IMG/VR virus record: IMGVR_UViG_3300035670_000138
Coordinates: 1 to 64,000 of that record
Length of the DNA: 64,000 nucleotides
Strand: one strand, 5' to 3'
DNA from: a virus
Taxonomy: Duplodnaviria > Heunggongvirae > Uroviricota > Caudoviricetes
A program made the position numbers and the translations under genes. Of this stretch, positions 53,256-62,213 are shown in pieces (within the stretch, counting starts at the first letter, position 1; each line of letters begins with the position of its first letter). The notes under the pieces are model-generated. The model did no database searches. It saw only the letters and a program-made list of their open reading frames with translations, and was not told the DNA's origin.

Positions 53256-55343
53256 TTATTTAATTCTTGCTATTGAGAAAGTGTTATTCGTTCCAGTTGT
53301 TACAGGAGTTACAGGTGCTCCCACTGTATTTCGTATTGTTATCTGTTGACCTTTTTGAGCGTATCCTACATACGAAGTTTGAGCTATAGCTTGTGACGAT
53401 ATTATTAGACCATCCGATTTTTGAGTTGAATCTATAAATATTGCAACTGCTAAACTTACACTAGCATTAGGTCTTGCTGATGCTCGAATTAAGTAATATC
53501 CACTAACAGGTATTGTATAAACTCCTGTGGAGGTGTTATAAGAATTGTGAGTATCAAAATCTTTAGTTTCATATATAAAATTAGATCCGTTGCCAACACT
53601 TGCACCACTTGTATTAGAATAACTAGCAGCAACAGTTTCTGTTTCCAATATTGTTTGCGGTTGAGCTAGTTTTTGGATATGGATGTGATGATACTGGGTT
53701 GTATTTGAAAGAGTTAAAGAATTTGCCGCTCTAAAGCTTAAAACTTGTCCTTTTGTTAATCTAAAGGTACCACTTATCTGATGTTCTGCTACTGTCGATC
53801 CTGCGAACCCTACAGCTTTATTTAATGTACCATCAATGTATGCATTAATTACTGTATTTGAAGATGTTGTAAAGTTCACAAACCCTTTAACATCGTAATC
53901 CCCTGTCTCAGGAGCAGTAAATTGCGTCCCATTCCATGAACCAGTTGTATCTTCAACCTCTGTAAAATCAATATTAGTTGTGTTAGCAGTTATAGCTGTT
54001 CCACCATTTCCTGCACCCCTTACTCTCACTTCTCTATTGCCAATATCTTCTGATTGGACAGAATTTGATGACCAACCTTGGACGGGTATTTCAAATTGAC
54101 CTGTTACTCCAAAAGGTGCTCCACCAAAAGACACGAAGCTAGATGACCAAAGATTGTATGAATATTGTAAAGCACTTCCTGAATTAGTTACAAATTGTAC
54201 CAACAACCTACTGTTATCATTAACGTCGACAGTAACAAATCCATGTCTTTCAACTCCACCATTTTCATTTGTAATAACTGTACCGACATTAGCGCTAACA
54301 TAAGAAGCGTTGGATGGTGTCTTTGATAAATCGACCTTGATTCCAGTAGGTAAATTAATTACATAAGTGCCACTTCCTGCTGTTCCCACACTAGATTGTA
54401 TAAAATCTAATCTACCTATAAATGAACTCCCTACTCTTTTTCCGTGAAATTTATCAACAACTATAGTACCCTTTGTTGGATTAGTTGTTGTTCCAGATAT
54501 AGGTATTGATCCATAATCTATCCAATCAGTCATAGCTGACCCATAACTAACTTCTCTAGGTCCCACTTGTACATTATCTAAGTTGACCGTATATGCACTT
54601 GCATTAGTTGAACTAACGTGCAATATTAATCTGTATGAAGTAGAAGTGGCATCAGATTGGAACCACGCTAAATGAGTTCCTTGCGTCCCCTTTAAATCTT
54701 CTCCATTACAGCGAATTAATCTTGAATTAGTTACGTCATAAATCTGTACTCTTATATCATTATCGTCATAATCAGCCGAAGTTAAGTAATCAAAGCTAAT
54801 ATATAATTTCTTAGATAAGTCAGCTTTTTCAATTGTGAAAGGTATACTAACACCTTCACCTTGTCTGTTTACTGCAGTTTTAGTCAATAAAAAGTCGGCA
54901 GTATCTCTCAAAGGAGTTGTCGTATTTCTAGTAAATGTGATGTTTGGAGATCCACCAGTTCCATCTACAGCGTTAGCTCCTGCTGCGTCAGCATATGTAG
55001 ACCACCCGTCAGTATTTAACTCAGCGTCAGGATTACTAATATAGTTAATTCCGCCTTGTCCAGATCCCACTTCCGCTAAAGCTGCATCTAAAACTTGATA
55101 CATCTTTTTAGCGTCTGTTGCGAAGCATAGTTGACCGTTTGAAGCAGTCAAAGCATAAGTTTGAAGGTTTGATAAAGTATCTTTCTTTACGTCGGCTCTA
55201 ACCGGACTTTGGATTGATGCAGAAATTACATCTGATCCATTTATGTCACATGTCGAGTCTAATGTCTTATTTTCGAGAGTCTGTGAACTATCTAAGTCCG
55301 TAACTCCCGTTGGTTTTTGTCCTGATGCTAAACTAGTTGCCAT
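53256..55343 (-). CDS. tail-fibre/receptor-binding-like protein (695 aa) with a C-terminal C1q/TNF-like pattern
   Basis: It shares the N-terminal module SIQSPVRADVKKDTLSNLQTYALTASNGQLCFATDAKKMYQV with the 646-aa fibre. The C-terminus is GVYTIPVSGYYLIRASARP... Confidence 0.5.
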   Translation of the reverse strand: MATSLASGQKPTGVTDLDSSQTLENKTLDSTCDINGSDVISASIQSPVRADVKKDTLSNLQTYALTASNGQLCFATDAKKMYQVLDAALAEVGSGQGGINYISNPDAELNTDGWSTYADAAGANAVDGTGGSPNITFTRNTTTPLRDTADFLLTKTAVNRQGEGVSIPFTIEKADLSKKLYISFDYLTSADYDDNDIRVQIYDVTNSRLIRCNGEDLKGTQGTHLAWFQSDATSTSYRLILHVSSTNASAYTVNLDNVQVGPREVSYGSAMTDWIDYGSIPISGTTTNPTKGTIVVDKFHGKRVGSSFIGRLDFIQSSVGTAGSGTYVINLPTGIKVDLSKTPSNASYVSANVGTVITNENGGVERHGFVTVDVNDNSRLLVQFVTNSGSALQYSYNLWSSSFVSFGGAPFGVTGQFEIPVQGWSSNSVQSEDIGNREVRVRGAGNGGTAITANTTNIDFTEVEDTTGSWNGTQFTAPETGDYDVKGFVNFTTSSNTVINAYIDGTLNKAVGFAGSTVAEHQISGTFRLTKGQVLSFRAANSLTLSNTTQYHHIHIQKLAQPQTILETETVAASYSNTSGASVGNGSNFIYETKDFDTHNSYNTSTGVYTIPVSGYYLIRASARPNASVSLAVAIFIDSTQKSDGLIISSQAIAQTSYVGYAQKGQQITIRNTVGAPVTPVTTGTNNTFSIARIK

Positions 55344-55359
55344 ATTATTCTCCTATTAT

Positions 55360-55593
55360 TTACCCGTTATATTTAAGCCATTTTTGTAAAGGACATTCTT
55401 CTTGTCTAAATTTCGTTTTAGCTGATAAAAAACATCCACATTTCGAACATTGATTTGTAGTTTTTATCCTATATTCACAATCATTACATATATCTTGTCT
55501 TTGACTTGATACTATTTCCGGTACGCTTTGATCTACACCTTTAGCAGCATTAGCTGCAATTGTGAATAAACTTTTCATTCCAGATTTAAGCAT
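55360..55593 (-). CDS. small Cys-rich protein (77 aa)
   Basis: It carries about 8 Cys in C-x2-C spacing: CNDCEYRIKTTNQCSKCGCF...EEC. Confidence 0.4.
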   Translation of the reverse strand: MLKSGMKSLFTIAANAAKGVDQSVPEIVSSQRQDICNDCEYRIKTTNQCSKCGCFLSAKTKFRQEECPLQKWLKYNG

Positions 55594-56086
55594 TAGCTAC
55601 CTCTTCCTTTTGCATTTTCTGAATATTCTCCAGAATTTGATCAAGCATTGGTAAGTTAAATCCGTCTACTTTTCCTAAAAATCCATACTCATTTTCAGCG
55701 TCTATACTAGATCCGTGAAACACGAAGAATTTAGGTACTTGTATTGGAGCTTTTAAAACTAACTCTCCATTTTCATCTCTAGCAAGTCTTGTTAAAGCCT
55801 TACCTTTAGCATCATAAATTACGTCACCATCTTCATCTTTTATTTCTTCCATTACTGGTTGTTTTTCAGTAAAGTTAGAATAGAAATCGTAAACAGCTTG
55901 GTTATTTAGTTCCATTTCAAAAAACTTGTAATCTTGGAACTTTTTAGGCAGTTCTGCATATCCTTCTTTTGCTTCAGAACATGCAGAACACCCATTAACC
56001 CAAATCATTAGTACTGATAATTGATCTTTTTTAAGTTCGTCTAAATTTTCAACTTGTAGCGTATTAACATTCACGTTAGACTCCAT
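55586..56086 (-). CDS. thioredoxin-fold protein with a CxxC motif (WVNGCSACS)
   Basis: The CSAC motif follows a W. A downstream VPKFFVF resembles the Trx cis-Pro strand. Confidence 0.4.
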   Translation of the reverse strand: MESNVNVNTLQVENLDELKKDQLSVLMIWVNGCSACSEAKEGYAELPKKFQDYKFFEMELNNQAVYDFYSNFTEKQPVMEEIKDEDGDVIYDAKGKALTRLARDENGELVLKAPIQVPKFFVFHGSSIDAENEYGFLGKVDGFNLPMLDQILENIQKMQKEEVANA

Positions 56087-56091
56087 TTATT

Positions 56092-58617
56092 TTACCATTC
56101 GTCTGTTTCTATGTAGTTGTCTGGAAGTTCACATATTTTTAAATAAGATGCACTAGTTGGAGGAGTTTGACCATTCAAAATAACATTCGTCATATCTGTC
56201 AGGTCAACTCTTATTGTTGAATTTAAAGGTTGAAATGGCCCAAATGTTTCACTGAATGAATCCCTAAATAGCACCAAGTTGCTAGCTCCCCCAATCACCA
56301 CAGCAATGTCAGTGCCGTCACCATATTCAACTCTGGCAGTAAATGTTTTTTGATTATTTACCACTGTAGACTCTAAAACTTGAAATCTGTACGCTAATGT
56401 GTATTTTTTTGTTAAATCCAAATTGTTAAAAGTTAACGCTGAAACGATGCCAGTGCTACTTGTAGTTGAAGTCATGTATTTTGTCTGACATTTCACGTTT
56501 TTATTATCATTCAAATTTTTAACAATGCCTGCTAGATCAGGTTCTTGCTTAATTGTTAGCCAATGTAAATTGGATAAGTTTTGAACTGTAAATCCTGTGT
56601 TTGATCTAATAGCAAGTTTATCTCCTGCGTTTAAATAAACGACACCTTGAATATGATGAGATTGAGCTGCACCAATATTTCCACTTAATGAAATGCTTTG
56701 GTTAAACCCTAATCCTGTATCTATATATGCATAAAATACTGGATCAATACTCCCTGCTGCTCTAATATTACCAGATATAGAATAGAACCCTGCTCCATCG
56801 CTAGGTACAGTCATATATCTATTAGCAGAATCCCATATTGAAAAAGGATCAGATAGTTCATTAAACTGGATATTTCCTGTATTTGCTGCAATTATGCTTG
56901 CATTATCATTTCCGTCTAGTCTGACATTATAAAGCTCAGTACTCTTAATCTGCTCGAATTGTCCGACAATCATTGTAGATTTTGATGTAGGTTTATAATC
57001 TACAGTAATATCAGCTCTTAAGTTACTGCCTGTATAAGGCATATTTACTAATTCACAAGCACCCGCTCCTGCGGTTAATGCTACACTTTGTAAATCAAAT
57101 TTAGTAGCAGAACTTAAATCTGATGATAAGTTTAATACAAAAGTTTTGGAACTATCCCAATTATCTCCGTTTGGGATATAACTAGCACTCACAGACGTGT
57201 GGTTAGTTGAGCCGTCGCTATATCTCCATAAGCAAGCACTATTCACAGTGTTAAAAACATTAACAAATCCTCCATTTACAGTTATATGATACTGTCCTGC
57301 TTTACTTCCGGCAGGTAAAATAAAATGTGGAGTTTTTGTCCCATCGTGACTAATATCTATATTTAAAGATGAAGTAGGATTATTACAATCCGCATCTGCT
57401 ACATATGATTGCCACGAGGTAGTCTTGGTATTTGACCAAATACAATTTGCAGAAGGAGCAAATGTTAAAGTTCCTAATGTTCTTGCTAATTCTGTAGTTT
57501 GTTGTGTTACAATTGTAGTTTTTGGAGGGTAGTAATAAACTGATGCAGTTAATTTTCCTTGAGTTGGAGAATTTATGATTGTTGCGTTTAATCCTGTTGT
57601 TTGAGTTATTGCTCCCAATTGAAATTGTTTCAAACTAGCGGAACTACTATTTGCAACAAATGTTATACTAGCTTCACTTCCTTGAGTTGAAACTCCTCCT
57701 GTATCAAAATAAATACCCCCGCCGTAAAAAGTATTACTACCGTCACTGATATACTGATACAGCCTACCAGTGGCACTATAATTACTCGTAAATGATCCAT
57801 TGAATACTATCTTATAACTTCCAATTTTTGTATTTAACTGAAAAGCCGGAATTTTAGTAGACGGAGCAATTAAATCTCCTGTCACCGATGGAGTAGGACA
57901 GTCTGCATCGGCAGTATATCCAGTAAAAGTTGAATTAGATGTAGTTTGACCCCAATCACAATTTGTAGTTCCTGCCCATGTAATAGTTCCGACCAATTCA
58001 CCTTGAGCAACTTCAAATCCATAAGAACTCGGAGTCAACCCTACGAAAGGCTGATCAATATATACATCACCAGTTACTCCAATTGTAGACTCTACTATAA
58101 AGCCCATTTCAGTTCCGCCGATAACTACTGGTAGCTCATATTGCTTCCACTTATTAGTAGCTGATACTGGTAGCGTAGATAACTTAACTCCATCTTGAAC
58201 TGAAGATATTTGTAAGTTTTGAACACTAGTTCTAATCCATACTGAAACAGTACCTTGAATCTCATGTAATGATGAATCAACTGGAGCTTGGAATTGAATA
58301 GATCCTACTGATCCAGAAAATGTAGCTTTGATTGATTTATTGTTATCGTCAATTGGTAAGAATGTTACTGTATCAACAGCAGAAGTTACGTTAACTAAGT
58401 CTGGAGTTAGTTTTTCAAACTCAGGCATTAAGTTACCACCAATTCCTGCTGATCCGCCTACACTAGACCAATCTGCTGAAGTAGCATCATAACGCTTTAT
58501 CTTGTTATCGTCAGTTGAATCTGCAATTAAATCCCCTGCTTCAGGGTTTACAATTTCTGAAGGGTCTATCGGATTTAACGTAAGACCGTTTTTTACTTTA
58601 AAGCTATTTTTACTCAT
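56092..58617 (-). CDS. tail-fibre/spike-like protein (841 aa)
   Basis: The N-terminus reads FKVKNGLTLNP. It is S/T/N/G-rich and β-rich, and its C-terminus resembles that of the 695-aa protein. Confidence 0.45.
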   Translation of the reverse strand: MSKNSFKVKNGLTLNPIDPSEIVNPEAGDLIADSTDDNKIKRYDATSADWSSVGGSAGIGGNLMPEFEKLTPDLVNVTSAVDTVTFLPIDDNNKSIKATFSGSVGSIQFQAPVDSSLHEIQGTVSVWIRTSVQNLQISSVQDGVKLSTLPVSATNKWKQYELPVVIGGTEMGFIVESTIGVTGDVYIDQPFVGLTPSSYGFEVAQGELVGTITWAGTTNCDWGQTTSNSTFTGYTADADCPTPSVTGDLIAPSTKIPAFQLNTKIGSYKIVFNGSFTSNYSATGRLYQYISDGSNTFYGGGIYFDTGGVSTQGSEASITFVANSSSASLKQFQLGAITQTTGLNATIINSPTQGKLTASVYYYPPKTTIVTQQTTELARTLGTLTFAPSANCIWSNTKTTSWQSYVADADCNNPTSSLNIDISHDGTKTPHFILPAGSKAGQYHITVNGGFVNVFNTVNSACLWRYSDGSTNHTSVSASYIPNGDNWDSSKTFVLNLSSDLSSATKFDLQSVALTAGAGACELVNMPYTGSNLRADITVDYKPTSKSTMIVGQFEQIKSTELYNVRLDGNDNASIIAANTGNIQFNELSDPFSIWDSANRYMTVPSDGAGFYSISGNIRAAGSIDPVFYAYIDTGLGFNQSISLSGNIGAAQSHHIQGVVYLNAGDKLAIRSNTGFTVQNLSNLHWLTIKQEPDLAGIVKNLNDNKNVKCQTKYMTSTTSSTGIVSALTFNNLDLTKKYTLAYRFQVLESTVVNNQKTFTARVEYGDGTDIAVVIGGASNLVLFRDSFSETFGPFQPLNSTIRVDLTDMTNVILNGQTPPTSASYLKICELPDNYIETDEW

Positions 58618-58655
58618 TTTATTCTCCTAAGTTCACTTTCCGTTAGGTTTGTATA

Positions 58656-58856
58656 TTATAATTTTGGTTGTATTACATTATCAATAATTTCTAGTTCAGG
58701 CTTTAATACTGATACCCACTGGTTATCAATAAAAGCTATTGTATATTGCTCAGTAATTTCAGGTAAGTCACCTGAAACAGAGTTTTCTGGTTGTTCGTCA
58801 GTTTCTACTGACTCTATGAAAATTTTTGTATCTGCATCAAATTTATGAAATAACAT
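58656..58856 (-). CDS. hypothetical small protein (66 aa)
   Basis: ORF. Confidence 0.35.
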   Translation of the reverse strand: MLFHKFDADTKIFIESVETDEQPENSVSGDLPEITEQYTIAFIDNQWVSVLKPELEIIDNVIQPKL

Positions 58857-58863
58857 ATATCTC

Positions 58864-59643
58864 CTATAACTTTATGATGTAATTAACTAATGAATTTTGT
58901 GGTCTTGTTTCGGTTACTATGCCTGTATTGTTTGCTGTACTCTTAGTATAGGTCCCAAGTAATCCTCCCCCGTCGCCATCTGGAGCTAAACACTGAGAAC
59001 CGCCTCCTGCTCTTGTGTTATAGTTGTGACTTATATTATGTCCGTGAGCCTTTATTGCTTCATCTTGAACCGAACCTACATTGTTACCACTATTACCTCC
59101 AACTCCGTTAACAGTTCTACTGGATGCATCTGGATCTTCATATTGAATAATAACTGCACTATTTGTTCCTGAAATAGCTATTTTAGTCCCAGCTAAAGCA
59201 TTAGCTTTAGACGTAGCGAAAGCTAGTGTATTTGAATTAATTACTATAGCATAATAATCAATACTAACTGCTAAACCAGTTAAAGTTCCACTTGATAATC
59301 TTACTTTAAATCCTGTTCTATTTATACCGTGGTTAGTAAATGTTGCATTATTAGAAGAAGGAGTCCCTGAACCTGAAACAGTTGATATATCCACCTTACC
59401 TCTAAGAAAGCTACCTCTAAGGTCCGGTAAGTTAAAAGTAGTACTACCATCCCCATTACCCCAAGAAGTTCCTATAGCAGCAAATAATGCAGCATATGTA
59501 CTTCTACTTAAAGTAGTTCCGTTACACAAAACCCATCCCTCCGGTGCAGTAGCTCCTGCAAAAGGAACCACAGTTCCCGAAGGAAACTGAACAGGGAATA
59601 AAGCTAATTCATTTGTTGATTTTCTTTTAGTTCCGCTTGCCAT
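58864..59643 (-). CDS. tail-fibre protein with a phage tail-collar domain and a Gly-rich C-terminus
   Basis: The segment PEGWVLCNGTTLSRSTYAALFAAIGTSWGNGDGSTTFNLPDLRGSFLRG matches the tail-collar (T4 gp12-type) domain. Confidence 0.65.
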   Translation of the reverse strand: MASGTKRKSTNELALFPVQFPSGTVVPFAGATAPEGWVLCNGTTLSRSTYAALFAAIGTSWGNGDGSTTFNLPDLRGSFLRGKVDISTVSGSGTPSSNNATFTNHGINRTGFKVRLSSGTLTGLAVSIDYYAIVINSNTLAFATSKANALAGTKIAISGTNSAVIIQYEDPDASSRTVNGVGGNSGNNVGSVQDEAIKAHGHNISHNYNTRAGGGSQCLAPDGDGGGLLGTYTKSTANNTGIVTETRPQNSLVNYIIKL

Positions 59644-59645
59644 TA

Positions 59646-61586
59646 TTATACCTCAAATAAGTTTTTAATATCTAGTTGTAATTTACTAACATAACCCGTT
59701 CCTGCTAAGTTCGAGCTTGTATATAACAATTGTCCCGTTACGTCTATACTAAAAGTAACTCCTGCATCATCTCCTGAAAAATCGTCAGATAATGACCAAG
59801 TGTTAGCTGTAGTTTTATATGATAATCTTAACTGACCGACTTGAGAAGCCTCATTTGAATCAGTTGATCTATAAATGCTATAATTAATTATCGCTGCTCT
59901 GAACCCATCAAAAATCGCTCCAGTTACTGCCGTAGGAGAAGCTTGGTTATTTGTGATAGTTGCTCCACTTATAGTAACTTCTCTGTTAAATTCAGCAGAA
60001 GCTGCTAAGTCTGGTAGAACTAAAATTTCAGTAGCAGATATTGCTTTACCTAAAATAATTTGGTAAGTATTTGTTTGAGTAGGCTTAGGTTGAACATAAT
60101 TGCCGGGAGTTGAAGGATCTGCATAAACAAATTCTCCTGCTGTTAATCCCGAGAATCCACCTAATTTACCTGAGATAACAATATCTACTGGAGCAGCTCC
60201 GGCAGTTGCCTCTCTTGTAAAACCAATAAATTCAATCTTAGCATCATCAGTACAATCTAATTTATTTACTTGACCGATTGAGCTAATATATACTGCAGTT
60301 CTAATTGCCATCGGCTCGTTTGCAGTAATTGTAACAACTTGTTCTTGAACAAAAGCTCCATTCCAAGTTGAACCATTTTTCTGTAAGAATTGTTTATCTT
60401 CAGAAGCTGAAACATCAACATCGGCAAGATCGTTTAACGGAGTTTGTTCTCCAACAACGCTAGGTCTATAAACCATAACTTGTAAAAAGTTAGCACTTTC
60501 TACGAAGAATAAAGGGTTAGAATAATCAGTTGTTGGTTCAGTCGATGTCGGCTGTCCTAACACTGAGTTAGATAGAAAGTAGTACTGTCCTACTGTAAAT
60601 CCGTGAGCAGGAACTTCTACTCTACCGAATTGGTAAGCAACAAAGCTATCTACATCAGGAACTTCAGTAACTACGAAAGTAGCAAGAGTTGCGCCTGAAT
60701 TAGCTTGTCCTTTAACCCAAGAAGTACCATTGTGATAAATACCGTTACCAACAGATAGTCCGTGAGCAACTTGATCTATTTCAATAGTGGTTCCACCTGC
60801 TCCGCCTACTGGCTGAAGTTCGTTTGCAATAATTTGGAACATTTTAAGTTCGTCTGTTGCAAATACTAACTGTCCATTAGTTGCAGTTAATGCATATGTT
60901 TCTAAGTTAGCTAAAGTATCTTGTTTTACGTCCAATCTTGTTGGAGTTTGGATACTAGCATTTGTAATTGTTCCGTTATTTGCTAACGCTCTTGTATCAA
61001 TGTCTGATTGTAGCTCGTTTACAGCTCCCTGAAGGTCTGTAGCAGCTAAATTGCCTGAAGGTACGTTAGATATAGCTGAAGCGTCGTGAGCGTCTACAGC
61101 GTCGTTTAAGTGGTTAGTAAGGTCACTAGCTAAAGCTTTTGTTTGTAAAGCAGCGTCAACATCATCTAAAGCTGTCTGAAGGTTACTACCTAGTACTTCA
61201 ACATTACCTGTTGGATCATAAGCTATTTCAGAAGCTTCGTTTTGTCCTGCTAATCCGTTATCAATATAAGTCTTTACTGCTAAAGCTGAAGGGATTTGAG
61301 TGTTTGATGCACCTGATAAACCCGTGTCGGTGTTCAACACCCCAGACTTTAGATTATCTGTTTCTAAATTACTAACAGTGTTATTATCAGCATCGATTGA
61401 TTTATTAGTTAATGTCTGAGTTTGATTCTCAGTAACAACAGATCTGTCTGCTGCATTTAAACGTATTTTGAGTTTGTTATCATTACTGTCAACTGACATT
61501 TCACCGTCAGATGAGTGAGTATTTACAGTCAAGTCGGTTGGCTTTAACTTGACTCCTATATCTAACTTTTTTCTAACTTTAGCCAT
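59646..61586 (-). CDS. tail-fibre-like protein (646 aa), modular paralog of 50113..52155 and 53256..55343
   Basis: It shares modules with both paralogs (see findings). Confidence 0.55.
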   Translation of the reverse strand: MAKVRKKLDIGVKLKPTDLTVNTHSSDGEMSVDSNDNKLKIRLNAADRSVVTENQTQTLTNKSIDADNNTVSNLETDNLKSGVLNTDTGLSGASNTQIPSALAVKTYIDNGLAGQNEASEIAYDPTGNVEVLGSNLQTALDDVDAALQTKALASDLTNHLNDAVDAHDASAISNVPSGNLAATDLQGAVNELQSDIDTRALANNGTITNASIQTPTRLDVKQDTLANLETYALTATNGQLVFATDELKMFQIIANELQPVGGAGGTTIEIDQVAHGLSVGNGIYHNGTSWVKGQANSGATLATFVVTEVPDVDSFVAYQFGRVEVPAHGFTVGQYYFLSNSVLGQPTSTEPTTDYSNPLFFVESANFLQVMVYRPSVVGEQTPLNDLADVDVSASEDKQFLQKNGSTWNGAFVQEQVVTITANEPMAIRTAVYISSIGQVNKLDCTDDAKIEFIGFTREATAGAAPVDIVISGKLGGFSGLTAGEFVYADPSTPGNYVQPKPTQTNTYQIILGKAISATEILVLPDLAASAEFNREVTISGATITNNQASPTAVTGAIFDGFRAAIINYSIYRSTDSNEASQVGQLRLSYKTTANTWSLSDDFSGDDAGVTFSIDVTGQLLYTSSNLAGTGYVSKLQLDIKNLFEV

Positions 61587-61601
61587 TATATTCTCCTAAA
61601 T

Positions 61602-62072
61602 TTATAGTGCAGATTCGTCGATAATTGCTTTAGCTTTATACTTAATGCTAAGACCGTTTGGAGCATCATCAGGATCAGCAACAGTTTCAAATCTAAACTG
61701 ACCTCCGACTGTATCAAATGAAACATTGGTATCTTCTCCAACAAATTCTGAGTTTATTAAAAATACAGAACCGTTATAGACTCCTTCAATTGTAAATGAT
61801 TCATATTTTGTAGGATTTACATTGAACTCTCTAGTAATCATTCCTTCGATAAAAACTCTTTGAACAAAGCTTGTATCAAATTGAAGACCTGATATATCAC
61901 CAGAAGTACCTGCTAATATTGTTTCAGTTGTAGATATGTCTCCGGGACCTTTTACTTCTTTTAAAGCGTCGGTTACAGCTTCTGCCCATCCTGTAGCTTC
62001 TTCACCATAGTTAGAAGATCCAGTGACGGGGTATTCAAAAATCTCTTCTCCGACCTGTAAATTTTTAGACAT
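61602..62072 (-). CDS. hypothetical structural protein (156 aa); first gene after late motif copy 3
   Basis: The motif lies 8 nt upstream of its ATG. Confidence 0.45.
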   Translation of the reverse strand: MSKNLQVGEEIFEYPVTGSSNYGEEATGWAEAVTDALKEVKGPGDISTTETILAGTSGDISGLQFDTSFVQRVFIEGMITREFNVNPTKYESFTIEGVYNGSVFLINSEFVGEDTNVSFDTVGGQFRFETVADPDDAPNGLSIKYKAKAIIDESAL

Positions 62073-62080
62073 AATTACCT

Positions 62081-62100
62081 CTATATATAGTTGTTAATTT
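62081..62100 (-). promoter_or_regulatory. conserved late motif copy 3 (- strand: AAATTAACAACTATATATAG)
   Basis: Same 20-mer as copies 1 and 2. Confidence 0.5.
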
Positions 62101-62151
62101 TTCAGAAGAAAAAATAAAAAAAAATGGTTTTTCCAACAATTACAACCAGTT

Positions 62152-62195
62152 ATAATAAAAAAGCCCCATCAGAACGACAGGGCTAAAAGGAAGGA
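62152..62195 (-). terminator. intrinsic terminator after the capsid gene (- strand: AGCCC-13 nt loop-GGGCT followed by TTTTTTATTAT)
   Basis: A stem and U-run lie 20 nt after the stop of 62214..63488. Confidence 0.4.
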
Positions 62196-62213
62196 TTTTA
62201 TGATTACATCAAA

